Origin: Carcharhinus longimanus
Lineage: Eukaryota
Direction: 5' to 3'
DNA length: 62,525 bases
NCBI GenBank assembly: GCA_030264375.1
Contig: JASCQW010000133.1
Span: 44,466,608-44,529,132 of the forward strand
Translations under genes and position numbers: made by a program
Notes under the pieces: generated by a model
Told to the model about the DNA's origin: nothing
The model's input: only the letters and a program-made list of their open reading frames with translations
Databases searched by the model: none
In this document: piece by piece, positions 38,101 through 49,774 of the stretch
Layout: the number at the start of each line of letters is the position of its first letter
Position numbering within the stretch: the first letter of the stretch is position 1

Positions 38101-38434
38101 GCTGTGTATAATCAGTAAACTTGAATGATTTACTCTTGGTTTCTTTGTCCAAGTCATTAATATAGATTGAAACTCTGGAGGCCCCAATACTGATCTGCGT
38201 AGCACTTCACCAGTCTTCACAGCCTGCTGACTTGAAAGTTCTTTGTTTATTTCTCTTTTTGTTTTCCTGACTGTAAACCTCTGGTTCGTCATTGGCAGTC
38301 AATGTTTCAGCCAGCTAGGCACCAAAACATTAGAATTCCCTTCCTTAAACACCTTTGCATCCAACTGCCTCTCATCTTTTAAATCCTTCTTAACACCTCC
38401 CTGATCAAATTTTTGGTCACTCTTCCACTTCTTT

Positions 38435-39012
38435 GGCTCAGAAAGAGGCTATTCGGCCTCAACTCTGCACCAACTCTCCAAAACAGCATCCCACCCTCTG
38501 CCCTATCCCCGTAAAAAGTCTGACAACACCAGGTTTTAGTCCAACCTATTTATTTGATAATATACTCACTAGCTTTCAGGTTAGCCCNNNNNNNNNNNNN
38601 NNNNNNNNNNNNNNNNNNNNNNNNNNNNNNNNNTAAAACCTGGTGTTGTCAGACTTTTTACTGTGTTTACGCCAGTCCAACGCCGGCATACCCACATCAT
38701 GACTATCCCCGTAAACACAGTAAGAAGTCTGACAACACCACGTTTAAACTTCTTACTTCAGACTTCTTACTGTGTTTACCCCAGTCCAACGCTGGCATCT
38801 CCACATCATGACTATCTCCATAACCCCACGCATTTACCATGGCTAATCCCCCTGACCTACATATCCCTGGACACTAAGGGGCAATTTAGCGTGGCCAATC
38901 CATCTAACCTGCGCATCATGTGGACATGCAAAAAGGGGAAGAACATGCAAACTCCACAAAACAGTCACCCAAGATTAGAATTGAACCCAGGTCCCCGATG
39001 CAGTGAAGCCAT
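38435..39012 (-). mobile_element. HE1-type SINE carrying two tandem palindromic Penelope insertions (38515-38811)
   Basis: SINE sequence resumes at 38812. The target CTATCCCCGTAA is present three times. Confidence 0.8.
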
Positions 39013-42000
39013 TGTTTATAAGTTGACAATTTTTATTCAACAGTCCATCAATGTGAAAAGGATTGTTAATACATCATACTGTTATTACAACAAAAGTGAT
39101 GTATTATATACACAAGGATAATTATAGCACTGAAACAAAACAACTCTACTAGTGAAACAATGTGCAGATTTGTAAAAGTATTATTAGCTACATCAGATTG
39201 CACCCTGAAACATTTTTGAAATTGCAAATAATTCTTTTAGCTGTTTTCTCAGATCAATGTCAATATCATGCAAACATAATTTCATTCTCCAATCAAAAGG
39301 AAATGAAAGTAGCTCAGTGAGTTTCATGCCAATTAGGATCAGGCTAACTACTCTTTTAAGCCTGCCTACATTATGCAATGGCAACCTTTTTTGGTATTCT
39401 AATACAGGGTCTAGTGGAAGCACACTCAAGCATGAAAATGCTCCTTTCAACTTGTCCATTCATTGACAATGTCCTGTCAAAAGCCCCTTGTGGGCAAATT
39501 AACAACTGTGACTGACTATGTCAGACATACAATACACTGAATAGGTTAGAGACTTGACATGGCAGCAATGAGGGTCTAAGACAAAAGAGAGTGAAATTCT
39601 TCACATTCCTAACACGTCCCTTCAATTCAAGAGCATTTTAGTATGAGACTGCTTAGCTACCTTCCAGCCCACATCACTGCCAGCCAAAGACAGCTGCAGT
39701 CTTCTGTGCCAAGCCAAATGAGTAAAAAGTGTATATAGCATATGTGTGGAGGATCTAATTTACTAAACTGAGAAATAAAACCAGGAAGCATTTCAATTTC
39801 TGTCAAGAAACTCACCATTCAACGTGCCTCTGCAACATGCACATGTACTATATAATTATATCCAGTATCACTTTCAGTAAGTATATGGTTTTGAAAATCT
39901 AACATCTAGTCAACATGAACAAAAGTTTGCATTGCAGTTTCACATTGCCAGTTCATGGCAATACAATTCTACAGAATTTAAATAGCAAACTTACGAAAGT
40001 AATCTCTGATAAAGTATATTTAAACTGTATTCTCAAATATCAACAAATGTCATTAACCTGTGAGTAATATATACTGGATTGTCTAACAGTATGGTAATGA
40101 TCTACTCCAATTTGTGGCAGATAAACAAAAAATACACTTCCTATTTGTTTCAATGAATTATTTTCAACATTTAGCACTTGTTTGAAAACCTATTTTTAAC
40201 CTTTAACTTCTGTTGTTGCAACATCAACTTCCCTTCCCTTGCTCACTCCTTCGAACAAATTGAATCCATACCCAACTTTCCAACAATTCCTACTTTGAAT
40301 GTCTCCAATCAGACTTCCTCCTTTCATATAGTGCTGTAAAATCTTTAATAAAAGTCACAAATGATGTGTTCTGTGACTATGATTAATCAACCCTCCTGGC
40401 CTTTCTCTGCATCCTTCAATATGGTCGACCACACCATATTCCCTCAATGTTCAGAAACAATGGAGCTGCTCTTGCTCTTACTGATCTAATCATAACCATA
40501 GAATCTCCAACAATGGCACCAATTCTCTCCATTTGCACCATTACATCCATTGTTTCCAAAGATCTATCCCTATCTCTCATTTACATTCCACTTCTTGGCA
40601 ACACATTGACACAAGCTGGGCATGGATTTAATTTTTAAAAATCACACGCACTTTTCAACTGCCTCCATGCAGTTTGACACAATGTCGGACACATAGTCTA
40701 TTTCATCCGACTATATATTGGAATTAGCAAAGTTGTTACCTTCAACCTCTACCACAAAACCCACAGCCCTATCAACAAATCCAATCTGTTCCTATGCCAC
40801 CATCTCAAGTCAAACCAGAATATGTTCTCAATATCACAAATGACCTATTTCTGACTCCCTAAAATTGCCCACCTTCTCCCCCACCTCAAGTTCATCAGCT
40901 GCTAAAACCATCAGCAGCTTTCGCACTTCCAGACTTCATTATTTTGGAATAATAACCTGGTAACTATTGCATCCTCTATTGCAAACTGGTGTCTGCATTC
41001 TATATCACATCATGTCCTACTCAGCCCATCACTTCCCTTAACATCTGAAATTCAGAATTCTGATTTTCAGGTTTAAATCCCTTCATGAGCCTCAACTTTA
41101 CAACCATGCCCTACAACCCAACCCTTAAACTCTCCCTAAATTGGGCTCTGGCCCCTTGCGAATAAGTCCCTTGAAACTGTGCCTTCAGCTAACCAAGCTC
41201 CATGCTCTGGAATTCTTCCCAAAACCATTCCGCCTTCCCAACTCCTGGCTTTAAGGTACTCTTTAAAGTCCAACTTTTGATCCAAAGATTATCCCTGCTA
41301 ACATTTCCTCTTTGGATAGCATGCATATTCAAGGCATTGTGTAAATTGCTGTAGCATGTGCATGTTTCTATGATCATAGATGGATGTTTCGATATCATGG
41401 AGCCACCTAAGCTCAGGTCTGCTCTTCCTGAAATTACAAATTTCCAACACTGATCACTGAACAGTGATCACAAGCAGGGTCATCACCTCATCACAGCAGC
41501 AATGCAACATTATTTCTGCCACTTTTTGAGATACAGGAATCAAACCAGGACCATTTTTGCACTCTTATGGTTCAGCTAATTTTAGGATAACTTTGCTGAG
41601 CAAGATTGATGACAATGAAATGACCATGCTTAGCTACAACAGCACAAGACATGAACAACTGACATGATGCCCAGATTTCCCCTTTACCTAATGTTCATCT
41701 TCAAACTCATATATAAAAAGGTTAATTAGACAACGTGCCAGATAGCTACAAATTCATGGTTATCGGGTTTGTTGAGGTGAAGGAAAATAAACTGGATGGA
41801 AAATTAGAGAAATGAAACCGGTTCATCTGTTTTGAATCACAAAAGAACATGAGAAGTTCTAGCTCCCATCTGTACCCTGAATTACTTGGTGATTCAGAGT
41901 CACTGATCTTAGGAATGCGAAGAGACTGTATTCTTAAAAGTCAATAGAGCCTTGCTCTGCAATCATTTATTTTATTGGTTTCTTTTATTGGTGTATGTCA

Positions 42001-42158
42001 TAACAAGATCAACATTGCTAAGATATTAAATACTTGAAATCACTAAACAAGAATTATAAAGCCGTTACAATATCAACAAAAATAAATAAACCAGGACTTC
42101 AAGTGCCAAATTGGAAGCTACAGCAGGAGGCTGACAGACGGTTAATAAAGGTACTCAC

Positions 42159-42385
42159 CAGTCTCTTATTACAAATGTGGATATTTTGTGCTAACTCTGC
42201 ATTTATTACTGCACACTGGCAGCTCTGCAACTATGAGTGTTGAGAGATTGGTCCTTTGCCCAAATTGAAAAGCATCTCAATTTCAACTACTTGCAAGGAC
42301 AAGATGAGCATGTCAACGATGATGAAGCCAAATTTTATCTTTCGAAGTGTGCGCGCACACACTGAGGGCGGGTGGGCATGGCAAC
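42159..42385 (-). promoter_or_regulatory. Candidate promoter/enhancer with possible non-coding first exon
   Basis: RFX X-box-like GTGGGCATGGCAAC (42372-85), GC box (42366-71), a perfect 14-bp palindrome GTGTGCGCGCACAC (42347-60), and a consensus donor CTG|gtgagtac about 190 bp downstream. Confidence 0.3.
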
Positions 42386-42931
42386 CTTATCTTAACTACT
42401 CTAAAATCACTGTAGTGAATCCAGTGACCTGTTTATAATGTCAATTGGAAGCTGGAACTTTTCCAACTTCCTGTGCAATCTAGTTTATAAATGACAAAGA
42501 ACACCATCTGCATTCAGAGTAAATTCTCCCAGTCTTTCATTGCTAGGCTGCAAAACGTTTTATGTCCAAGATTGCTTCACTTTGGGACATTGCAGAAAAA
42601 TGTGCATCTAAGTTTTCTTCTGTAATTCTGTCAATTAAATGTGGCACACAGTTCCACTTTAAGACAGAGTTTTAACAAGATTTATAAATTATACAAAACA
42701 ATCTACATGACCACTTTGGGACTACAATTTTAAAAAAACCCTTAAAAATGCAGTGATATTCCAATACAGATTAAATCTGTAATATTTAAGATTTCTGTTC
42801 AGGTAATTCATCGCTGTACGTAATATACGAGGCCTTCCTTCAGACAACGAACAACATCCAGGAACAGGCTATGAGGCTGGGTTGGAGTGAAATGGACAAA
42901 TAGGACTTGAGGTCATACAATCAAGGAATTA

Positions 42932-43395
42932 TGAAAACTAGAAGCAGGAGTGGGCCCTTCGAGCCTGTTCTGCCATTCATGATCATGGCTGATCGTCAAA
43001 TTCAATATCCTGATCCCCCACATCCCTTCAGCCCCAAGAAAATTATTTAATTTCTTCTCAAAATCACACAACATTTTGGCCTCAACTACTTTCTGTGCCA
43101 GTGAATTCCACACATTTCTCCTCACCTCAGTTCTACAACATTTACCCCTTATCCTCAAACTATGACCCCTAGTTCTGGACTTCCCCATCATCAGGAACCT
43201 TCTTCCTTAATCCACCCTCTCTAACCCTGCTAGAATTTTATAAGTTTCTATGGGATTCTCTCTCACTCTTTTAAACTCCAATGAATAAAATCCTAACCAA
43301 TTTAGTCTCTCCTATGACAGACCTGCCATCCCAGACATCAGTCTGGTAACCTTTCACTGTACTTCCTCTATTGCAAGGACATCCTTCCTCAGATA
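42932..43395 (-). mobile_element. CR1 LINE 3' fragment
   Basis: MGKSRTRGHSLRIRGKCCRTEVRRNVWNSLAQKVVEAK followed by the tail. Confidence 0.9.
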
Positions 43396-45034
43396 ACATA
43401 GTATAGTCCCAGATTTGCTCATTCTCATTATCCTGAATGAGAACAATATATGTTAAGCATCTTGCACTTCTGTTATTAATGTCACACTTTCTTCCTGTAA
43501 CACTTCCCTGTCACACTTCCTCAATAACATCCAGTTGTTATAAAATAGTACTGTCTGACAATGAGTAGTTTGGTGCTTACTGTAATAAAATCAATTTCCA
43601 TTCCTGTAATGTATCTATTGGAGGCAATGATCTAATCTGGCCTTGACAACTGCTACAACACTGCCTGAGGCTAATTACAATCTGAAGAAAACATTTTTTA
43701 GTCACTTTGTTTCTACTGAATGAGCTCCAAAAAGATTTTTTAATGGTAAGAAAGGACTCAAACATGGAGTGTATTTAGATAAGAAATGTTAAACTATGCT
43801 TGGAATTCTGCTAGTAAGGGCATCACAAATAAACATGAAAAACAAACCTGACCGATTACAATTTATGGCTTTAGATTCTACATTTGCGTTTTTCAATGTC
43901 ACACATTTTAAGGAAATTAGTGGACTTAGTTTTAATTTTACAGCAATTTGATGTGTCGAAAAGACCTTTTTCCTTTAAGAACATAAGAACATAAGAAATA
44001 GGAGCAGGAGTAGGCCAACTAGCCCTTCGAGCCTGCCCCGCCATTCAATNNNNNNNNNNNNNNNNNNNNNNNNNNNNNNNNNNNNNNNNNNNNNNNNNNN
44101 NNNNNNNNNNNNNNNNNNNNNNNNNNNNNNNNNNNNNNNNNNNNNNNNNGGGATGGAAAGACAAAACTGATTACTAAACATCATTCTCCAGGATATTAAC
44201 TTTGTTCACTGTAGTTCTCCAGTAGACTATTAAAGACCATTCAGAAATAAAACGTTCAGTACTTCTGCATATTTAGTCAACACAAGTTGGACCGAATGGC
44301 CTGTTTCTATGCTGTAAAGCTCTATGGTTATGACTCTATGACACATCTTCAGCAAGAAAAGCATATAGGGCAGATTACAAAAGTTAGAAAAAGTTGGATG
44401 TGAACTAATAAATTCACAGCAATCAGATTATTTACATTGTGGAGAAATTACTAACAATCAGGCATCAGAAATAGATAGCCCTCACATTAGATAAAATGCC
44501 TTAACTTTAAACAGAATTCAGTGCTTTAATCCATCACAAAACCTGAAAAAAAAAGCCATGATGATAAAATCCAGAATAGATATGTAGATTTCCCCAAAAG
44601 ATTAATTAGCAAATGTATTGCTTAACGCAAAACTGAAATGCACCAAGGAGGTCTTAAGTTAGATATTTGCCTGCAATGAGTGACCTCTCATCGTGTCTGG
44701 CTTGCAGGAGGGAAAACAAAAAGAGACAGAATTCCTTTACCCATATGCTATCTAGAGACTTCATCTCTTATAGAAAGTGTGCAGATGTGGATGTCAGGCA
44801 AGGGCATACTGTCTTCATTGCCAAGTCAGATAGCCAGCTTTGACTCTCAAAAATAAGTGACTGCTGAGCACATAACTAGCAGAATCCAGCACTATCAGGG
44901 TCACAGCAAAAGCAAAGAATGGAAAAGCTTCCAAGGCATCAAGCATCAGTTACATACATAATACAAATTAATGATTCTAGCGACTGCGTGCTACTCACTC
45001 CCAAATACAGTTCCATGCACACCCCACAAATAAG

Positions 45035-45222
45035 CATGATATGGAGATGCTGACATTGGACTTGGGTGGCCACAGTAAGAACTCTCAGAATGCCAGGTTA
45101 AAGTCCAACAGGTTTATTTGGAATCATTTTTCAGAGCGCTGCTCCTTCAGTGTTCCGAAAGCTCATGACTCCAAATAAACGTACTGGACTTTAACCTGGT
45201 GTTATGAGACTTCCTACTGTGC
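45035..45222. mobile_element. Palindromic Penelope relic (family A)
   Basis: Inverted arms 'cacagtaagaactctcagaatgccaggttaaagtccaacaggtttatttgga' and 'tccaaataaacgtactggactttaacctggtgttatgagacttcctactgtg'. Imperfect flanking repeat cccacaaa(g)taagc. Confidence 0.8.
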
Positions 45223-45349
45223 CCACAAAGTAAGCTATTCCTTATGCTCCAGCATAAGAACAGCTTGCTGAATTGATGACCAGCACCATTAGTGTGCTTT
45301 CATCATGGCAGTGATATTAAACATTAAATCTGCGACATACCCAAATCAG

Positions 45350-45652
45350 GGGAAGGCAGTGGCATACTGTTATTGTTGATGGACCAGTGATCCAGAGAAT
45401 GCTCTGGGGACCTGGGTTCAAATCCCACAAATGACAAATGGTGGGATTTGAATTCAATAATAATCTGGAATTAAAAGTCTAATGATGACCATGAAACCAT
45501 TACCATTCACAGTAACTTAATTGTAGTGTTAATGTAAAGCTACTTGTGACATTAATAAATAAACTTTGGAATTGTCATAGAATGCCATCTGGTTCACTAA
45601 TGTCCTTCAGGGAAGGAACAATGCTGTCCTTAACCTGGTCTGGCCTACATGA
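45350..45652 (+). mobile_element. tRNA-derived SINE of SlmI/MetaSINE type (a minus-strand copy lies at ~54880-55050)
   Basis: B-box 'gggttcaaatccc' and core 'ccatctggttcactaatgtccttcagggaaggaa...tggtctggcctacatg'. A different retro-tail is inserted at ~45506-45567. Confidence 0.65.
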
Positions 45653-48085
45653 ATGAATGAAAAAAAGACTCAGCAAAATTGCTGCAACTGTGCAGAAAAC
45701 TGGCACAGAACCAACTTCGGATTCCCCATAAGGGAGAGGATGGGGATGTTCCTGTATACAGTTGATGATCATCATTTTACGTTAGATGGTTAGACATACC
45801 ATTTGTCGTTTTTAAACTCTGACCTTACATTATCAAAAATTTTTTTTTGCATCATACACCCGAGAAAACACAAGAATTCTCAACCTCCTCAGTGTCTCTG
45901 CAATTTCAAACAGCCTTGTATTTCCAGCATTTTCTGTTTCTATACTGTATCAACACAAAAGGATTATTTCAAAAAGTCAATGACCTAGATCATCTACTGT
46001 TACTGTAGAAAACACATTTCCTCCTTTAAACACCTTAAATGGAAAAAAAATACAATTTTCAAAAATTTGAGCTAACTCCTGACATTTGTCAGTTTCTTAC
46101 TTTATACATTATAATGGCTTGCAACTTCTGCAGAGTGACAATCTGTCAAAATGCCACTCTTGACAAATTTGCCTTTGCTTTAATTGCGCAGCTCCTGTCT
46201 AGCCCAACCTTCCTCACTCAGGCTGCATAAGTGCAGAGTAACTGGGCACAGGGAAGTAGGTCACTCCGCTGCATTACGGCAGTAGCTTCCGTAAAGGGAG
46301 CAGGTAAGTTTCAATGGTCAGTGGTGGTGCTCCCGTCTGTGTCCCCGCCCATGTCAGGGGGTCAGGTTGGGTGGGGTGGGTGGCTTGGTGGTCCCCTGGG
46401 TGGGTTGTATATGTGCAGGTGTCCCCTGCGAGACTAAGTGCCCATAGGATGGATCTACCAACGCAGGCAGCAACTGAGAAGCAAACTTACTCAATTCACT
46501 AAGGTCGGCCACCAGAAAGACCCAGTGAAAAACTGGTATTCCTGTTGGTTCTAATCTCTCTCCACAGATGCTGTCAGACCTGCTGAGATTTTCCAGGATT
46601 TTCTGTTTTTGTTGCTGGTATTCCAGAATTTGGCTTTAATTAATCCTGCTAGGTTATTTGGGGGTTTCTGCCAATCACACAAGACCAGTTTGTCTGAAAC
46701 TGGCACCAAGACGTCACTAAATAATTTTAACTAGACGGGTACTACTTTCAATGGAATCATTAATTCTCGTAGTTGCACTGATTGATCTTTTGAAGTTAGC
46801 GTGGCAATTTAAATTGAAGGAAAAAACAAATGCAAATTACTCCAGTTTNNNNNNNNNNNNNNNNNNNNNNNNNNNNNNNNNNNNNNNNNNNNNNNNNNNN
46901 NNNNNNNNNNNNNNNNNNNNNNNNNNNNNNNNNNNNNNNNNNNNNNNNNNNNNNNNNNNNNNNNNNNNNNNNNNNNNNNNNNNNNNNNNNNNNNNNNNNN
47001 NNNNNNNNNNNNNNNNNNNNNNNNNNNNNNNNNNNNNNNNNNNNNNNNNNNNNNNNNNNNNNNNNNNNNNNNNNNNNNNNNNNNNNNNNNNNNGAGGCCC
47101 AAAATTAAATCATTCTAGTACAGGAACAGGATTATTTAATGTAAATTTTGAAACACAATCACAAATACTTAGTCCTATGACCGATCATATTATAGAAGAC
47201 TAACTGTGTTTCAGGGGGAAAAAAAATCAAATTAGGTAAGGAATGCCCACAAACGAATAAGGGCCATCTGTGAAGTTGTGTTTGCCTCAGAGAATATCGA
47301 TCCCATAAACAGTAATTAACAGTCCTCTTTTTAAGTAGATTTAAGTACATAATCTGGACTTGAATTTATGACAAGCAGCTGACTGTAAATGCCCATTTCC
47401 TAAAGCAAGTCTACAATAACACACTCTCAATTAGATCCAAAATCTTGGCTTTGTTACAGGCCTATTGTACTAACATTGTGCCTGGTAGAAAGCCTGCCAT
47501 AAAAGTATAGCAATAATGTGTTTATTGAATTATATCCGGCTCTCAGACGATGTCCAGCAATAGATTAATTCTCTTACAAAAACGAAGTACCAGGAGGTAT
47601 TAAAAATCTAACTGCAAAAGAATATTAAATAAGAAAAGTAGCAGCTGTGAAAAATTTATATTCCTTGAATGTTAGAAAATGGATTGCATAAAACAAGTTA
47701 CCTTGACATTATAAGTCAATCCACTGATGGCTCTCCAAAATTTCTTAATGTTTTATTGCCTAAGGAAATTCTGAAGAGTCAGAATCTTCTTTATTATGAA
47801 GGATAGAGAAAGCCAGGCGACAAGTCAAGTTGTGCTGATTTGCATATAATATTTAGCAGCGAGTATACAGTAGCAGCTCAAGTGAAGGCGAGGTCATTTT
47901 CTGGTAAAGAATAATTCATGGGTGAACATCTGTAGAAAAATGAATCTCATTACAAGCTTCAGCTTTGCTGTAATTCAAAATTTTTTTTTACATAATATGG
48001 AGATTATTCTAAATCCTCTTTTTAAGCACCAAATAACTTCACAGAGTACTAGATGTTTTGATGCCAAAATACAATCTTCTCCATA

Positions 48086-48290
48086 TTGTTACCTCGGTCA
48101 CTGAAGGTAGGCAGAGGTAATGTTTTAGCCCATTTGTTAGTCTTTTTGTGGATAAGCAACAGATCTCAAAAACTAATGGTCAGATTTCAATGAAACATGG
48201 TAGAGAGATAGAACATGACCCAATGAAGAATGGATTAGTTTTCAGCAAAGATGTGGATCTGGATATTGGAATTTTTAAAAGATCTGTTAA
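48086..48290 (+). mobile_element. Old non-autonomous Helentron/HINE-like element (may extend to ~48550)
   Basis: 5' inverted repeat TTACCTC...GAGGTAA (48089-95 and 48114-20), then 'tgtttt...atctcaaaaactaatggtcagatttcaatgaaacatggt...catgacccaatgaagaatggattagtttt...gtggatctggat'. This resembles the core of a widespread fish HINE-like repeat as I recall it. Confidence 0.55.
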
Positions 48291-48789
48291 CAATTTTTTA
48301 AAAGAATGTTACGCGTTGTTTCATTTAAAATGTTCATGATTATCCCAGCTGTGGTGATGGAATTTGTCTCAGCCGTCAAAACGCAATGAATTTTCAGAAC
48401 AGGTTGTTGTGTGTGGATTGGCCTGAAGTCTCTTCAATGAGATGGAAGCTCTTAATAAAAGGATTTTTTTTCAGCTTTGTACTTACAGATCACCACCCAG
48501 GGAAGGGAAAGCCTCAAGGAAGAGTTTATGTCAGAGGGCTGTGCTTCATGTCAGATAATGTTAAAATTCACCACTGGAAACATGAATTAAAGTTTTAAAA
48601 ATATTTCTTCATCCACAAAAACTGAAGATGGCTTCATCTCCTAAGTAAAGATGGCCACCCCAATTTACATCACTGAACTTTTCACATTCTGATTGCTGAG
48701 ACACAGACAGCAGCTGGAATTCTTCCATCAAACCCACCATGGAATTTTAGCAGGCGGGTTGCGGAGAATGTGCAAAGCCATTGATGGTC

Positions 48790-49345
48790 GGCGCTTGGTA
48801 TTGTTCGTGCTCTGCCCACAAGAACATAAGAAATAGGAGGAGTAGGCCATCCAGCCTTTCGAGCCTGCCCCGCCATTCAATAAGATCATGGCTGATCTGT
48901 CGTGGCTCAGTTCCACATTCCCGCCCTCTNNNNNNNNNNNNNNNNNNNNNNNNNNNNNNNNNNNNNNNNNNNNNNNNNNNNNNNNNNNNNNNNNNNNNNN
49001 NNNNNNNNNNNNNNNNNNNNNNNNNNNNNGCGAATGGGATGCTGGCCTTCATAGTGAGGGGGATTGAATATAAAAGTAGGGAGGTCTTGCTGCAGCTGTA
49101 TAGGGCCCCCCATGAGTGCAAGAAACTACAAAGGGTCATGAATGAAGCCCAGTCCATCATTCAAACCAGCCTCCTATCCATTGACTCTGTTTACATTTCC
49201 CGCTGCCTCGGAAAAGAGGCCAGCATAATCAAGCGCTCCATGCACCTGGACATAATCTCTTCCACCTTCTTCCATCGGGAAAAAAGATACAATATTTTGA
49301 GATAACGTACCAACCAACTCAAGAACTCCTTCTGCCCTGTTGCCA
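48790..49345 (+). mobile_element. Rex1 fragment interrupted by a young, 5'-inverted CR1 (48819-~49106)
   Basis: The Rex1 frame AWYCSCSA|HECKKLQRVMNEAQ is continuous across the insert. The insert consists of a minus-strand CR1 tail, the gap, and plus-strand ANGMLAFIVRGIEYKSREVLLQLYRA. Confidence 0.85.
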
Positions 49346-49774
49346 GATACCCTGAACTGTTTTGCTGTTTTCATTTCAGCCCTGCCATCGCTTGGCTGCT
49401 AATTCCCACTGACACGCAGTGCTTCGCCTGCATTTGATTCTGAACCTTTATTAAACTTAATGTTATTCCTGTGCAATGGCACTCATCCAGAGCTACTGTA
49501 ATCTTTTGCACTGTTTGTTTACTGAACTGCCTGCGACCAAGTCAACTTTGGAATGGACCTATTGTTAAGTTGATCTTTCCCTACATCCTAGCTATGACTG
49601 TAATGTTACGTTCTGCAACTTCTCCATTTCTTATCTATTTAAAGTATGCTTCATCTGTACAGTTCGCAAGAAACAATACTTTTCACTGTATACTCATACA
49701 TGTGACAATAATAAATCAAATTTGTTCTGTGCAATTAGCTGATGTGATCCGACATTATAACAGTGATGACACAT

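Noticed and set aside
43581-43681. 101-nt minus-strand exon candidate (IVISLRQCCSSCQGQIRSLPPIDTLQEWKLILL)
   Set aside because: Open frame with splice-like ends but no homology recognised; insufficient support.
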